In this document: positions 1 to 8,439 of the stretch, piece after piece
Layout of the letters: the number at the start of each line of letters is the position of its first letter
How positions within the stretch are numbered: position 1 is the stretch's first letter
Origin: Deltaproteobacteria bacterium
GTDB taxonomy: Bacteria > Myxococcota_A > Polyangia > JAAYKL01
Assembly (NCBI GenBank): GCA_016936575.1
Contig: JAFGXQ010000082.1
Span: 333-64,332, forward strand
Length of the DNA: 64,000 bases
Direction: 5' to 3'
Notes under the pieces: generated by a model
The model's input: only the letters and a program-made list of their open reading frames with translations
What the model was told of the DNA's origin: nothing
Database searches by the model: none
Program-made: the position numbers and the translations under genes

Positions 1-10
1 TGAGGCAACA

Positions 11-1438
11 ATGAAAACTTTTTTTACACAGCCATGGGTGTATGTTCTAATCGCAATTGCGATTGTGGTTGGACTTGCAACGTTTTTATTACGGCCGCAA
101 AATCGACATCCACAGCCTTCTTCCACCAGGTTTGAAAAACCGTTTCGTGAACACATGGAACATGCACATCTGGTGAACGGGCCGTTTGCCACCGGCCAGG
201 AGGTTACCGCGGAATGCCTGAAATGCCATCCGGATGCGGCCCGGGATATGATGAAAACCGCACATTGGAAGTGGGTGGGCGCCGAGGTGGAGGTTCCGGA
301 TCACAAAGGGAAGCATCGAATCGGCAAAAGAAATCTGATCAATAACTTCTGCATCGGTATTCAGGGAAACTGGGCATCGTGTACCCGTTGCCATGCTGGA
401 TACGGTTGGGAAGACGACTCGTTTGATTTTGAAAGTGAAACATCGGTCGATTGTCTGGTGTGTCATGACGGCACCGGCTCGTACCAGAAAGGCGCTGCCG
501 GCAATCCCAAAAAAGAGGTGAATCTCGAAGCCGTGGCAAAAAGTGTTGGGTATCCCAAACGCAACAACTGCGGACTTTGCCATAATTTCGGTGGCGGCGG
601 CATGGGTGTGAAACACGGAGATCTGGACGCGAGTCTGAATCATCCCATGGAGAATGATGATGTGCATATGGGAAAACTCGATTTTCTTTGCATCGATTGT
701 CATCAGACGCGCAAACACGACATCCCCGGAAAGTCCATGTCTGTCAGCGTAAATCAGGAAAACGGCGTGTTTTGCACAAAATGCCATGCGGAGGCTCCCC
801 ACGCCGATGCCAGAATCAACGCGCATGTGAACAGCGTCGCATGTGAGACATGTCATATTCCCAGCTATGCGCGCAGAAATCCGACCAAAACCCATTGGGA
901 CTGGTCCAAGGCTGGAGATTCCACCCGACCTGAAGACCCACACCATTATCTGAAAATCAAAGGTGAGTTTCAGTATGCAAATGACATCATTCCCGAGTAC
1001 CGCTGGTACAATGGAACCGCAGCACGTTATTTGTTGGGCGATAAAATCGACCCCTCCCTGGTAACCGCCATTAACCGGCCACTGGGGTCCATTCGTGACA
1101 AACGCGCCAAAATTTATCCGTTCAAAGTTCATTACGCCGTGCAGCCTTATGATGTCGGGAACCTCACCCTGGTTGTCCCGACTACCTCCGGTGACGGCGG
1201 GTACTGGCACGATTTCGATTGGGACAAGGCTTTCGCGCTTGGGGCAAAGGCAACCGGTCTTGCCTACAGTGGAAAATTCGGGTTCACAAATACCGAAATG
1301 TACTGGCCGCTATCGCATATGGTCACTCCGAAGGCGGATGCGCTCACTTGCAACGATTGTCACTCCGATACCGGTCGACTCAATTGGGAAGCGCTCGGCT
1401 ATGAAGGTGATCCCATCGAAACAGGAGGACGAAAATGA
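11..1438 (+). CDS. Membrane-anchored octahaem c-type cytochrome, tetrathionate reductase (Otr)-like family
   Basis: 475-aa ORF with GAGG RBS. N-terminal TM anchor PWVYVLIAIAIVVGLATFLL. Eight CxxCH motifs (CLKCH CTRCH CLVCH CGLCH CIDCH CTKCH CETCH CNDCH). The NNFCIGI..CTRCHAGYGW block matches my recollection of Otr-family octahaems, but an HAO-type octahaem is not excluded. Stop overlaps next start (ATGA 1435-1438). Confidence 0.8.
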   Translation: MKTFFTQPWVYVLIAIAIVVGLATFLLRPQNRHPQPSSTRFEKPFREHMEHAHLVNGPFATGQEVTAECLKCHPDAARDMMKTAHWKWVGAEVEVPDHKGKHRIGKRNLINNFCIGIQGNWASCTRCHAGYGWEDDSFDFESETSVDCLVCHDGTGSYQKGAAGNPKKEVNLEAVAKSVGYPKRNNCGLCHNFGGGGMGVKHGDLDASLNHPMENDDVHMGKLDFLCIDCHQTRKHDIPGKSMSVSVNQENGVFCTKCHAEAPHADARINAHVNSVACETCHIPSYARRNPTKTHWDWSKAGDSTRPEDPHHYLKIKGEFQYANDIIPEYRWYNGTAARYLLGDKIDPSLVTAINRPLGSIRDKRAKIYPFKVHYAVQPYDVGNLTLVVPTTSGDGGYWHDFDWDKAFALGAKATGLAYSGKFGFTNTEMYWPLSHMVTPKADALTCNDCHSDTGRLNWEALGYEGDPIETGGRK

Positions 1439-3717
1439 AACCGCTGATTTTCTATCTGTTCGCACTGCAGCTTTTATTTGCCCTCGTTTCGTTTGCGGGC
1501 GAACCGAGACCACCGGTTACTGAACCCACTGCTTCGTCGACGAAGGCATCCCCGCGGATGCACCCAGCCATTGAACCCCTCAACAGCGTTCGACAGAACG
1601 CGTTTTATACGCATACACCGGTGGATGCCAACGCCACCTGTGGTAATTGTCACGATTCCGCATATATTCAGAAACACAATATCCACCAGCAGAACGGGGC
1701 AAACGTCAACTGCTTTGATTGCCATGTGTCTGACGTGAACGCGTGGTCGAACGCCGAGTTGGATATTTATGGTAGGTTGAGTTCTGAGCGCACCGGTATT
1801 CATCGCGCGAACAATACGGTATGCAGTAAATGCCATGGGGTGGTCGCGCCGTTCGGTCTGGCGGTTCCGGACGACTACGAAAGTCGCGTTATTAATGACG
1901 ATGGCTCCTTTTCGTATGATTTGACTAGATTTACCGGAGTGTTCTTTTCGGGGGTATTCTTTTCAAAAAGTCAATTGAACCTGAAGAATAAGAATGATCT
2001 CAATTTTCCGGCAGATGTTCATGCCCAGAGAATGCTCCGGTGTGCCGACTGCCACCATAGTGCCAACAACCCCGCCAAAGCCGAAAGGAAAAAAAGTCAG
2101 CAACGTCACTTGCGAAAAGACCCGCGCAGCATGTCACTGTCGAGTTATCTGCATCGCCCGGATCATCGACTGGAGGCACCGCAATGTAGCAATTGCCATC
2201 TGCCCACCGAGGCGCATGACTTTTTGCCGTACAAAGAGCGTCATCTTGAAGTTCTTGATTGTCAGGCATGCCACGTGGCCAAAGTATATGGTCCGTTGGT
2301 TTCGGCAATAGACGAAACCGTGGTCACCCGAGACGGGGCTCCCGTGGTGGAATACGCCGCATCAATATCCGGCGGGAATTTGAACGCAAAGCTGAACCCC
2401 GGCATTTCACCGGCGCTGATACCCTATCTGTCTGAAAACGGTAAGGTTCGTGTCGGTAGCTTCAATCTGGTGGCGCATTGGTATTGGGAAGATACCGCCA
2501 CCGGGAAGAAGATCCCCAATAGTGTGATTCGCAAATTTTTCCTCGGTCCCAACGGAGAATACACAGCTGTCGCTATAACGCTGTTTGACAAAGATAAAAA
2601 CGGGAAGCTGAGCAATTCGGAGCTGATGATCGGTACCGAAAAGCAACATACGGTCATTCTAAAATGGCTCACCCAACAGGGGTATGCAGCCCCCAGGCGG
2701 GTTGCGGTGGTAGACGCTTATAAAATAGCGCACGGCATTTCTGAAATGGGGGGAGTCGTGCGGGAGTGTGAAACCTGTCACGGTCAGGACGGACGATTGT
2801 CTCAAAATATTTCGATCACTGCCCGTCTCCCATTCCAGAGCTCCATCGCAGCCGGTGCGCGCATGTCATCGCTGCGCCAGGGATCCCTTAAAACAGACGA
2901 TACGGTTCGCTGGGTGCGGGATGGACAGCACAATGATTACTATGTGTTTGGGTATACACGCGCCGCATGGAGTGATTTGCTCGGATTACTACTGTTCGGG
3001 GCGTCTTTCCTCGGTATTCTATTTCATGGCGGATATCGATTCTACTCTCGTAAAAAACGGGTTTCCTCCCACGGTCCGATGAAACGTGTGTATATGTACT
3101 CGCTGTATGAACGCATCTGGCATTGGCTGATGGCGTCGAGTGTAATTGTATTGCTCACTACGGGGCTAAAGATTCATTTTCCAATGAATCTGTCTTTTGT
3201 TTCATTCCCCACGGCGGTGACACTTCACAATATCACGGCTGTTATACTGGTAATCAACGCGGCGCTCTCGTTGTTCTTTCACCTGGCGAGTGCGGCGATT
3301 GTTCAGTTTATTCCCGAAAAGAAAGGGTTGCTGCAGGCCTTAATTGCTCAGGTCGAGTATTACACCCGCGGTATTTTCCTCGGCCATAAACACCCCGCAG
3401 AAAAAACGCCTGATAAAAAGCTCAATCCGCTTCAGCAACTGACGTATCTGGGCCTGTTGAATGTACTGTTTCCACTTCAGGTGCTGACCGGATTGGCCAT
3501 CTGGTTGAATTCGAAATGGCCGCAACTTCTGGAACCTTTGGGTGGGCTGTCAGTTATCGGGCCGGTTCACAACCTCGGTTCATGGATGTTTCTCACCTTT
3601 CTGGTGGTGCACCTGTATCTTACCACCACCGGTCACACGATCGTATCGAATATTTCAGCGATGATTAATGGATATGACGACATTGATGCCGAAACCGTTG
3701 AAGGAGGCAACAAATGA
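1435..3717 (+). CDS. Fusion protein: periplasmic heptahaem cytochrome c plus C-terminal b-type cytochrome membrane domain (hydrogenase/FdnI cytochrome-b-like); putative quinol dehydrogenase
   Basis: 760-aa ORF with signal peptide (LFALQLLFALVSFAG). Seven CxxCH motifs (CGNCH CFDCH CSKCH CADCH CSNCH CQACH CETCH). Five hydrophobic helices in the last ~250 aa with His in helices (IWHWLMASS, TLHNITAV, FFHLASA, VHNLGSW..VVHLYL). ATGA overlaps at both ends. Confidence 0.8.
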   Translation: MKPLIFYLFALQLLFALVSFAGEPRPPVTEPTASSTKASPRMHPAIEPLNSVRQNAFYTHTPVDANATCGNCHDSAYIQKHNIHQQNGANVNCFDCHVSDVNAWSNAELDIYGRLSSERTGIHRANNTVCSKCHGVVAPFGLAVPDDYESRVINDDGSFSYDLTRFTGVFFSGVFFSKSQLNLKNKNDLNFPADVHAQRMLRCADCHHSANNPAKAERKKSQQRHLRKDPRSMSLSSYLHRPDHRLEAPQCSNCHLPTEAHDFLPYKERHLEVLDCQACHVAKVYGPLVSAIDETVVTRDGAPVVEYAASISGGNLNAKLNPGISPALIPYLSENGKVRVGSFNLVAHWYWEDTATGKKIPNSVIRKFFLGPNGEYTAVAITLFDKDKNGKLSNSELMIGTEKQHTVILKWLTQQGYAAPRRVAVVDAYKIAHGISEMGGVVRECETCHGQDGRLSQNISITARLPFQSSIAAGARMSSLRQGSLKTDDTVRWVRDGQHNDYYVFGYTRAAWSDLLGLLLFGASFLGILFHGGYRFYSRKKRVSSHGPMKRVYMYSLYERIWHWLMASSVIVLLTTGLKIHFPMNLSFVSFPTAVTLHNITAVILVINAALSLFFHLASAAIVQFIPEKKGLLQALIAQVEYYTRGIFLGHKHPAEKTPDKKLNPLQQLTYLGLLNVLFPLQVLTGLAIWLNSKWPQLLEPLGGLSVIGPVHNLGSWMFLTFLVVHLYLTTTGHTIVSNISAMINGYDDIDAETVEGGNK
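1936..1965 (+). repeat. In-frame imperfect 15-bp tandem duplication (GVFFS-GVFFS) inside the cytochrome fusion gene
   Basis: ggagtgttcttttcg / ggggtattcttttca are adjacent and in frame. Confidence 0.6.
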
Positions 3718-4238
3718 TCTTTTCACGAAAACCCAAAGAATACATCAATCCATACCTGGGCGGCACGTTGCTCGGGGTGGTTCTGTTTCTGGCGTTTTAT
3801 ATTACCGGAAACGGTCTGGGGGCCTCCGGAGCGATTAATCGAGTGATGGTCGCCATTCTTGAATTATTTGCTCCGTCGCATGTGGATCACGTCGGGTACC
3901 TGGCGCACATGGGCGGCGGCACCAGCTTTTCATTGGAAAACAGTGGTGTCGCCATGCTGCTGGGTACAATCCTCGGCGGATTCGCTTCGGGGTTGTTCAA
4001 CGGCCGCGTGAAGGTTGAAATTCGAAAGGGCCCCTCCATCACACCCAGAACTCGAATCATCATGGCACTTCTGGGCGGTCTGGTGATGGGATACGGCGCC
4101 CGGCTGGCCCGTGGATGCACTTCCGGTCAGGCGTTGAGCGGGGGCGCGGTACTTTCTGTCGGGTCGTTTGCCTTTATGTTCAGCATCTTCATCGGTGCCT
4201 ATGCCCTGGCGTATTTCGTACGCAGGTTGTGGAACTAG
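3714..4238 (+). CDS. YeeE/YedE-family sulfur-compound (thiosulfate-type) transporter, half-size subunit 1
   Basis: 174-aa hydrophobic ORF. YeeE/YedE signature RLARGCTSGQALSGG. Start overlaps upstream stop (ATGA 3714-3717). Confidence 0.8.
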   Translation: MIFSRKPKEYINPYLGGTLLGVVLFLAFYITGNGLGASGAINRVMVAILELFAPSHVDHVGYLAHMGGGTSFSLENSGVAMLLGTILGGFASGLFNGRVKVEIRKGPSITPRTRIIMALLGGLVMGYGARLARGCTSGQALSGGAVLSVGSFAFMFSIFIGAYALAYFVRRLWN

Positions 4239-4250
4239 GAGGCAACGACT

Positions 4251-5594
4251 ATGGCACCTTTTGATTTTAGCGCGTTTGCAGGAACCCTCCCTTACTACAC
4301 CATATTTCTGGTTATCGGCATTGCATTCGGTGCGGTGTTGGAGCTGAGCGGATTCGGAGATTCGCGAAAATTGGCGGCGCAGTTTTACCTGACGGACCTT
4401 ACCGTTTTGAAAGTCATGTTCACGGCGATTGTTGTCGCCTGCGTTTTGATATTCAGTGCGTCGGCACTAGGACTGCTGGAATTCAGCCGCGTCTGGGTGA
4501 ACCCCACCTACCTGGTTCCGGGAATTATCGGCGGATTGATTATGGGCGTCGGATTTATACTGGGCGGATTTTGTCCCGGCACATCGGTCGTTGCGGCGTC
4601 CACATTCAAACTCGATGGTCTGGCTTTCGTCGGCGGCGTCGGGTTAGGCACGCTACTTTTCAGTGAAACCGCATCATTGCTCGGCGACGCGAGACACGAC
4701 ACGTTTATGGGGCGCTTCATGTTGAATGAACTGTTCGGCGTACCGGTGGGAATTGCGGTGGTACTTCTGATCTCAATGGCGCTGATGATGTTCTGGGCAG
4801 CGGAACTTGCGGAAAAATATTTTGGGCGGAATGAAAAAATAACCAAAGATGCATTGCTGCCCAAAAATAAAAAGAAAATCGCAGCCGCCGGGGTACTGTT
4901 TTCTGGTGCAGTTTTGGTTGCGGTATTGGGACAACCGGGTTCAATGGAAAAATGGGAGGCCGTGGCGAAAAAGTCAAAAATCTCCCTGGAAAACAGAGAT
5001 CCGTTTATTCATCCGGCCGAGGTGGTGGAATGGCGCGCTGAAAATTCTGTATATGTTCGTATACTGGATGTTCGCAGCGAAGATGATTTCAACAAGTTTC
5101 ATCTATTAGGGGCGATACGCGTGACTGAGCAATCTTTGACCGATGCCGAATATGTGAAAGTGTTGAAAAATGTTCCCGACAATACCCTTACCTTTGTCGT
5201 ATCAAATACAGAAGAATACGCCACAGCCGCTTGGAAACGACTTGTGGGAAGCGGAGTGAAAAATGTGTATATCATTGAAGGTGGAATCAACAACTGGTTG
5301 AAACTGTACCCCACCGACCCATGCGTTTCGACACCGATTACCGATAGAAAGCTGAAAAAAGAAGAATTGGCGTTTCGATTTGCCAAATCTGTTGGCGGAA
5401 GCTGCTACGCCGCGCATCCGGAAGCGCAATTCAAGGAACCACCGACTGATTGTTATATGGAAGCTCACCCGGAACTGAAAAATAAAAGTAAGTCGGTTAC
5501 TCGGGATGTTCCTTTTGATGCAAATAAGAAGCACAAGTTTACAAGGAAAGTTAAAATGAGAAAATCAAACGGACCGGTGGGCGGCTGTGGCTGA
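4251..5594 (+). CDS. YeeE/YedE-family half-size subunit 2 fused to a rhodanese-homology domain without catalytic Cys, plus Cys/His-containing tail
   Basis: 447-aa ORF with AGGAGG upstream. TM domain carries the GGFCPGTS motif. Residues ~253-352 look like a rhodanese fold (RILDVRSEDDFNKFHLLGAIRV ... IIEGGINNW), but the active-site loop reads FVVSNTEEYA. Tail contains CYAAHPE, CYMEAHPE and a terminal GGCG. Confidence 0.8.
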   Translation: MAPFDFSAFAGTLPYYTIFLVIGIAFGAVLELSGFGDSRKLAAQFYLTDLTVLKVMFTAIVVACVLIFSASALGLLEFSRVWVNPTYLVPGIIGGLIMGVGFILGGFCPGTSVVAASTFKLDGLAFVGGVGLGTLLFSETASLLGDARHDTFMGRFMLNELFGVPVGIAVVLLISMALMMFWAAELAEKYFGRNEKITKDALLPKNKKKIAAAGVLFSGAVLVAVLGQPGSMEKWEAVAKKSKISLENRDPFIHPAEVVEWRAENSVYVRILDVRSEDDFNKFHLLGAIRVTEQSLTDAEYVKVLKNVPDNTLTFVVSNTEEYATAAWKRLVGSGVKNVYIIEGGINNWLKLYPTDPCVSTPITDRKLKKEELAFRFAKSVGGSCYAAHPEAQFKEPPTDCYMEAHPELKNKSKSVTRDVPFDANKKHKFTRKVKMRKSNGPVGGCG

Positions 5595-6285
5595 GTATTT
5601 GTCTCCTCTTCAAACCGGAAAGCTGATTCAACGGTACAAGCGTTTTCTGGCAGATATTCAACTGGATTCCGGTGAACAAATCACCGCCCATGTGCCCAAT
5701 ACCGGTTCGATGCTCAGTACAAAAGCAGCGGGGTCACCGGTTGCGGTGTCGTATCATCCAGCGCCCCATCGCAAATTGAAATGGACATTGGAACTGGTTA
5801 AATCTCACAACACCTGGGTGGGCGTGAATACATCTGTCAGCAACAGAATGGTGGAAGAAGCGATTGAAGACAAAAAAATCAAGTCGCTTGTCGGGTATGA
5901 CCATATTCGTCGCGAGGTGAAATACGGAGTGAACAGCCGAGTTGATTTGCTGTTGGAGCGGGCTGATGAACGCTGTTACGTGGAAGTGAAAAACGTCACC
6001 TATAAAGACGGAGACGGCGCCTATTTCCCTGACGCGGTTACCGAACGGGGTCGCAAACACCTGCGGGAGCTGACCCAAATGGTAAAAGAGGGGCACCGGG
6101 CGGTGATCTTTTTTCTGGTAAATCGAAATGACTGCAGCTTCATGTCGCCGGCTGCCGACATCGACCCGGCCTACGCCGAAGCACTGATAACCGCCACCGA
6201 CAGCGGCGTGCTCGCCCTCGCCTACCGCTTCGAACAACACCTGACCGGCTACCGCATCGATAAAAAAATACCCATTCGCTTATAG
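5587..6285 (+). CDS. sfsA: Sugar fermentation stimulation protein SfsA
   Basis: 232-aa ORF. GTG start overlaps the upstream gene by 8 nt. LIQRYKRFLADI...HVPNTGSM N-terminus is typical of SfsA. Confidence 0.85.
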   Translation: MAEYLSPLQTGKLIQRYKRFLADIQLDSGEQITAHVPNTGSMLSTKAAGSPVAVSYHPAPHRKLKWTLELVKSHNTWVGVNTSVSNRMVEEAIEDKKIKSLVGYDHIRREVKYGVNSRVDLLLERADERCYVEVKNVTYKDGDGAYFPDAVTERGRKHLRELTQMVKEGHRAVIFFLVNRNDCSFMSPAADIDPAYAEALITATDSGVLALAYRFEQHLTGYRIDKKIPIRL

Positions 6286-6467
6286 AGATGGGGTTTGTGC
6301 CTGTTCATTAGAATTTTTTTGGGGCTACAAAAATTAATTTGCAGGAACGGGCAAACACTGTTCGAATGCAGAACACTTTCTAACTACTTGATGAACTTTT
6401 GCAAATTCTTTGCAACACTTCGCAAAAACGACCGATACACTAGCGAGTGCAAGTTGATTGATAGTCA

Positions 6468-6813
6468 TTGACAGGACGGATTTCTGATATTCCGAACAAT
6501 GATTCGTTCATCGCAATAGAAAGAGTTGGACAACTTATTAGATTGGTTCGAGGACAAAAAGTCATTTTGGACTCAGATTTAGCGCAAATTTATGAAGTCG
6601 AAACAAAGACTCTAAATAGAGCTGTAAAAAGAAATATAGAACGTTTCCCTGAGGACTTCATGTTTCAACTCAACAAAGATGAATACTTGAAGTGCCCAAT
6701 TGGTACCTCAAGTAAACCATGACAAACAGCTAAACGCTATCTATGACATCATCACTAAACTCATGGCGCAAGATGTAAAATCTGGCAATAAAACGATTGG
6801 CTTCAAGCAATGA
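6468..6813 (+). pseudogene. ORF6N-domain (phage/mobile-element-associated DNA-binding) gene remnant with internal deletion and frameshift
   Basis: N-terminal ORF6N block ([37 protein letters not shown]) stops at 6722. A family-typical C-terminal block (KQLNAIYDIITKLMAQDVKSGNKTIGFKQ*) continues in another frame at 6724-6813. The central part of the family is missing. Surroundings are AT-rich. Confidence 0.6.
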
Positions 6814-6904
6814 CCATACAAACTGAAAATGCAAAACAATCACTTTCAGTGGTCAATGTATAAGCCTGATTGATTCGGACGTTACAGGATTCTTACCCCG
6901 GAAT

Positions 6905-8419
6905 CTATTCAGATAGCTTGTACAGCTTGCTGTATTTTTGCTGCAAGTAGGTGATGAAGTACTGGGCGGTGGGGGATTCGCCGGTTGCAGCGCGTATAAT
7001 TTCGCGTGGAGTTCTGGTTTGACCGATGTGATGTACATTGGTTCTAAGCCAGTTGAGCAGAGGCTTGAATTCACCTTCGGCGAATTGGGAGGATAAATCA
7101 CCGAGTGTTTTGTCGGCGGCGTGATAGAGTTGTGCGGCGTACACATTCCCAAGGGTGTAGGTCGGAAAGTAGCCGAACATTCCCCCCGACCAATGTACAT
7201 CTTGCAAAACGCCTTCTCTTTCGGTCGCGGGTGAAATACCGAGATATTCTTTCATCTTCTGTCGCCATGCGTCGGGCAAATCCGATGGAGAAAGTTCATT
7301 TCGGAACAACGCCAGTTCCAATTCAAAGCGAAGCATCACATGAAGATTGTATGTCACTTCATCAGCCTCCACTCGAATACATCCGGGCTTGACGGCGTTC
7401 ACCGCCAGAAGAAAATCGTCGAGAGAAACCTGTTTGAACTTGGAAAAATATTCTTCCGCAATCGTTTTGGCGAACATCCAGAACCCACGCGAACGCCCCA
7501 CCATGTTTTCCCATAGCCGAGATTGTGATTCATGAATGCCCAGCGAAACAAACATTCCCGCCGGTGTGCCGTAGTGCTCGGGTACCAGACCGAGCTCATA
7601 CAAAGAATGGCCGGCTTCGTGAAGACAGCCAAATACGCCGCTTCCGAGATTTTTTTCATTGTACCGCGTCGTTATTCGAGAATCTCCAGGACCGATTCCA
7701 ACCGAAAACGGATGAACTGTTTCGTCGATGCGGCCGTCTTCCAGACTATAGCCAATCGCCGTTACCAATTTCTCGCACAGTTGTTGTTGAAATATTACCG
7801 AAAAGTCGTCGTTGAAGATAGTGGAATTCACCTCAACCGATGAATCTTCAATTTGCTGCAGCAGCCCGACCAACGGTTGTTTCAATTCAACAAACAGCGA
7901 CTCCAAAAACGAAGTCGTGGCGCCCATTTCGTATTCATCGAGCAATGCATCGTAGGGTTCTTGTTCGAAACCCAGCGCCTCCGCTTTCTGCTTGTTCAGC
8001 GAAATGAGATTTTCAAGATGAGGAAAAAAGCTTTCCCAATCATTCTTATGCATCGCCTTTTCCCAAGCAGATTCTCCTTCAGACGACGCCCGGGCTAATT
8101 CCGTTGCGAGATTTTCCGGAATCTTGGTCTGTTTGTCGAACTCTCGTCGCCACATCGAAATATTCGATAAAATAACAGCATCGTCTACTTTATTTAACTT
8201 ACTGTTTTCAACTGAAGACAGACATTCTTCTATTTTCGGGTCTGTCGACCGCTGATGAATCAATTTCGCCAACGCCGCCATTTGCCGGCTTCTATGGGGA
8301 TGCCCGTTCGGTGGAATATATGTGCGTTGGTCCCAGGCCGCCAGCTCAGCACAGGAAATAAGGTAACTTGTGTCAACTGAATGTTGACGCAACCAATCAT
8401 ACGCTTCCGAGGGTGTCAT
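6905..8419 (-). CDS. M32-family metallocarboxypeptidase (Taq-type)
   Basis: HEAGHSLYE zinc motif and IHESQSRLWEN block. Start moved to Met37 (ATG at 8419), 20 nt after the upstream stop. Confidence 0.85.
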   Translation of the reverse strand: MTPSEAYDWLRQHSVDTSYLISCAELAAWDQRTYIPPNGHPHRSRQMAALAKLIHQRSTDPKIEECLSSVENSKLNKVDDAVILSNISMWRREFDKQTKIPENLATELARASSEGESAWEKAMHKNDWESFFPHLENLISLNKQKAEALGFEQEPYDALLDEYEMGATTSFLESLFVELKQPLVGLLQQIEDSSVEVNSTIFNDDFSVIFQQQLCEKLVTAIGYSLEDGRIDETVHPFSVGIGPGDSRITTRYNEKNLGSGVFGCLHEAGHSLYELGLVPEHYGTPAGMFVSLGIHESQSRLWENMVGRSRGFWMFAKTIAEEYFSKFKQVSLDDFLLAVNAVKPGCIRVEADEVTYNLHVMLRFELELALFRNELSPSDLPDAWRQKMKEYLGISPATEREGVLQDVHWSGGMFGYFPTYTLGNVYAAQLYHAADKTLGDLSSQFAEGEFKPLLNWLRTNVHHIGQTRTPREIIRAATGESPTAQYFITYLQQKYSKLYKLSE

Positions 8420-8439
8420 AAAAAGGCGCTCCTGATATA

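Noticed and set aside
89-1210. 373-aa minus-strand ORF antisense to the octahaem cytochrome gene
   Set aside because: It is a shadow ORF. The plus-strand frame carries eight CxxCH motifs and a TM anchor, whereas the antisense product has no motifs and an odd composition.
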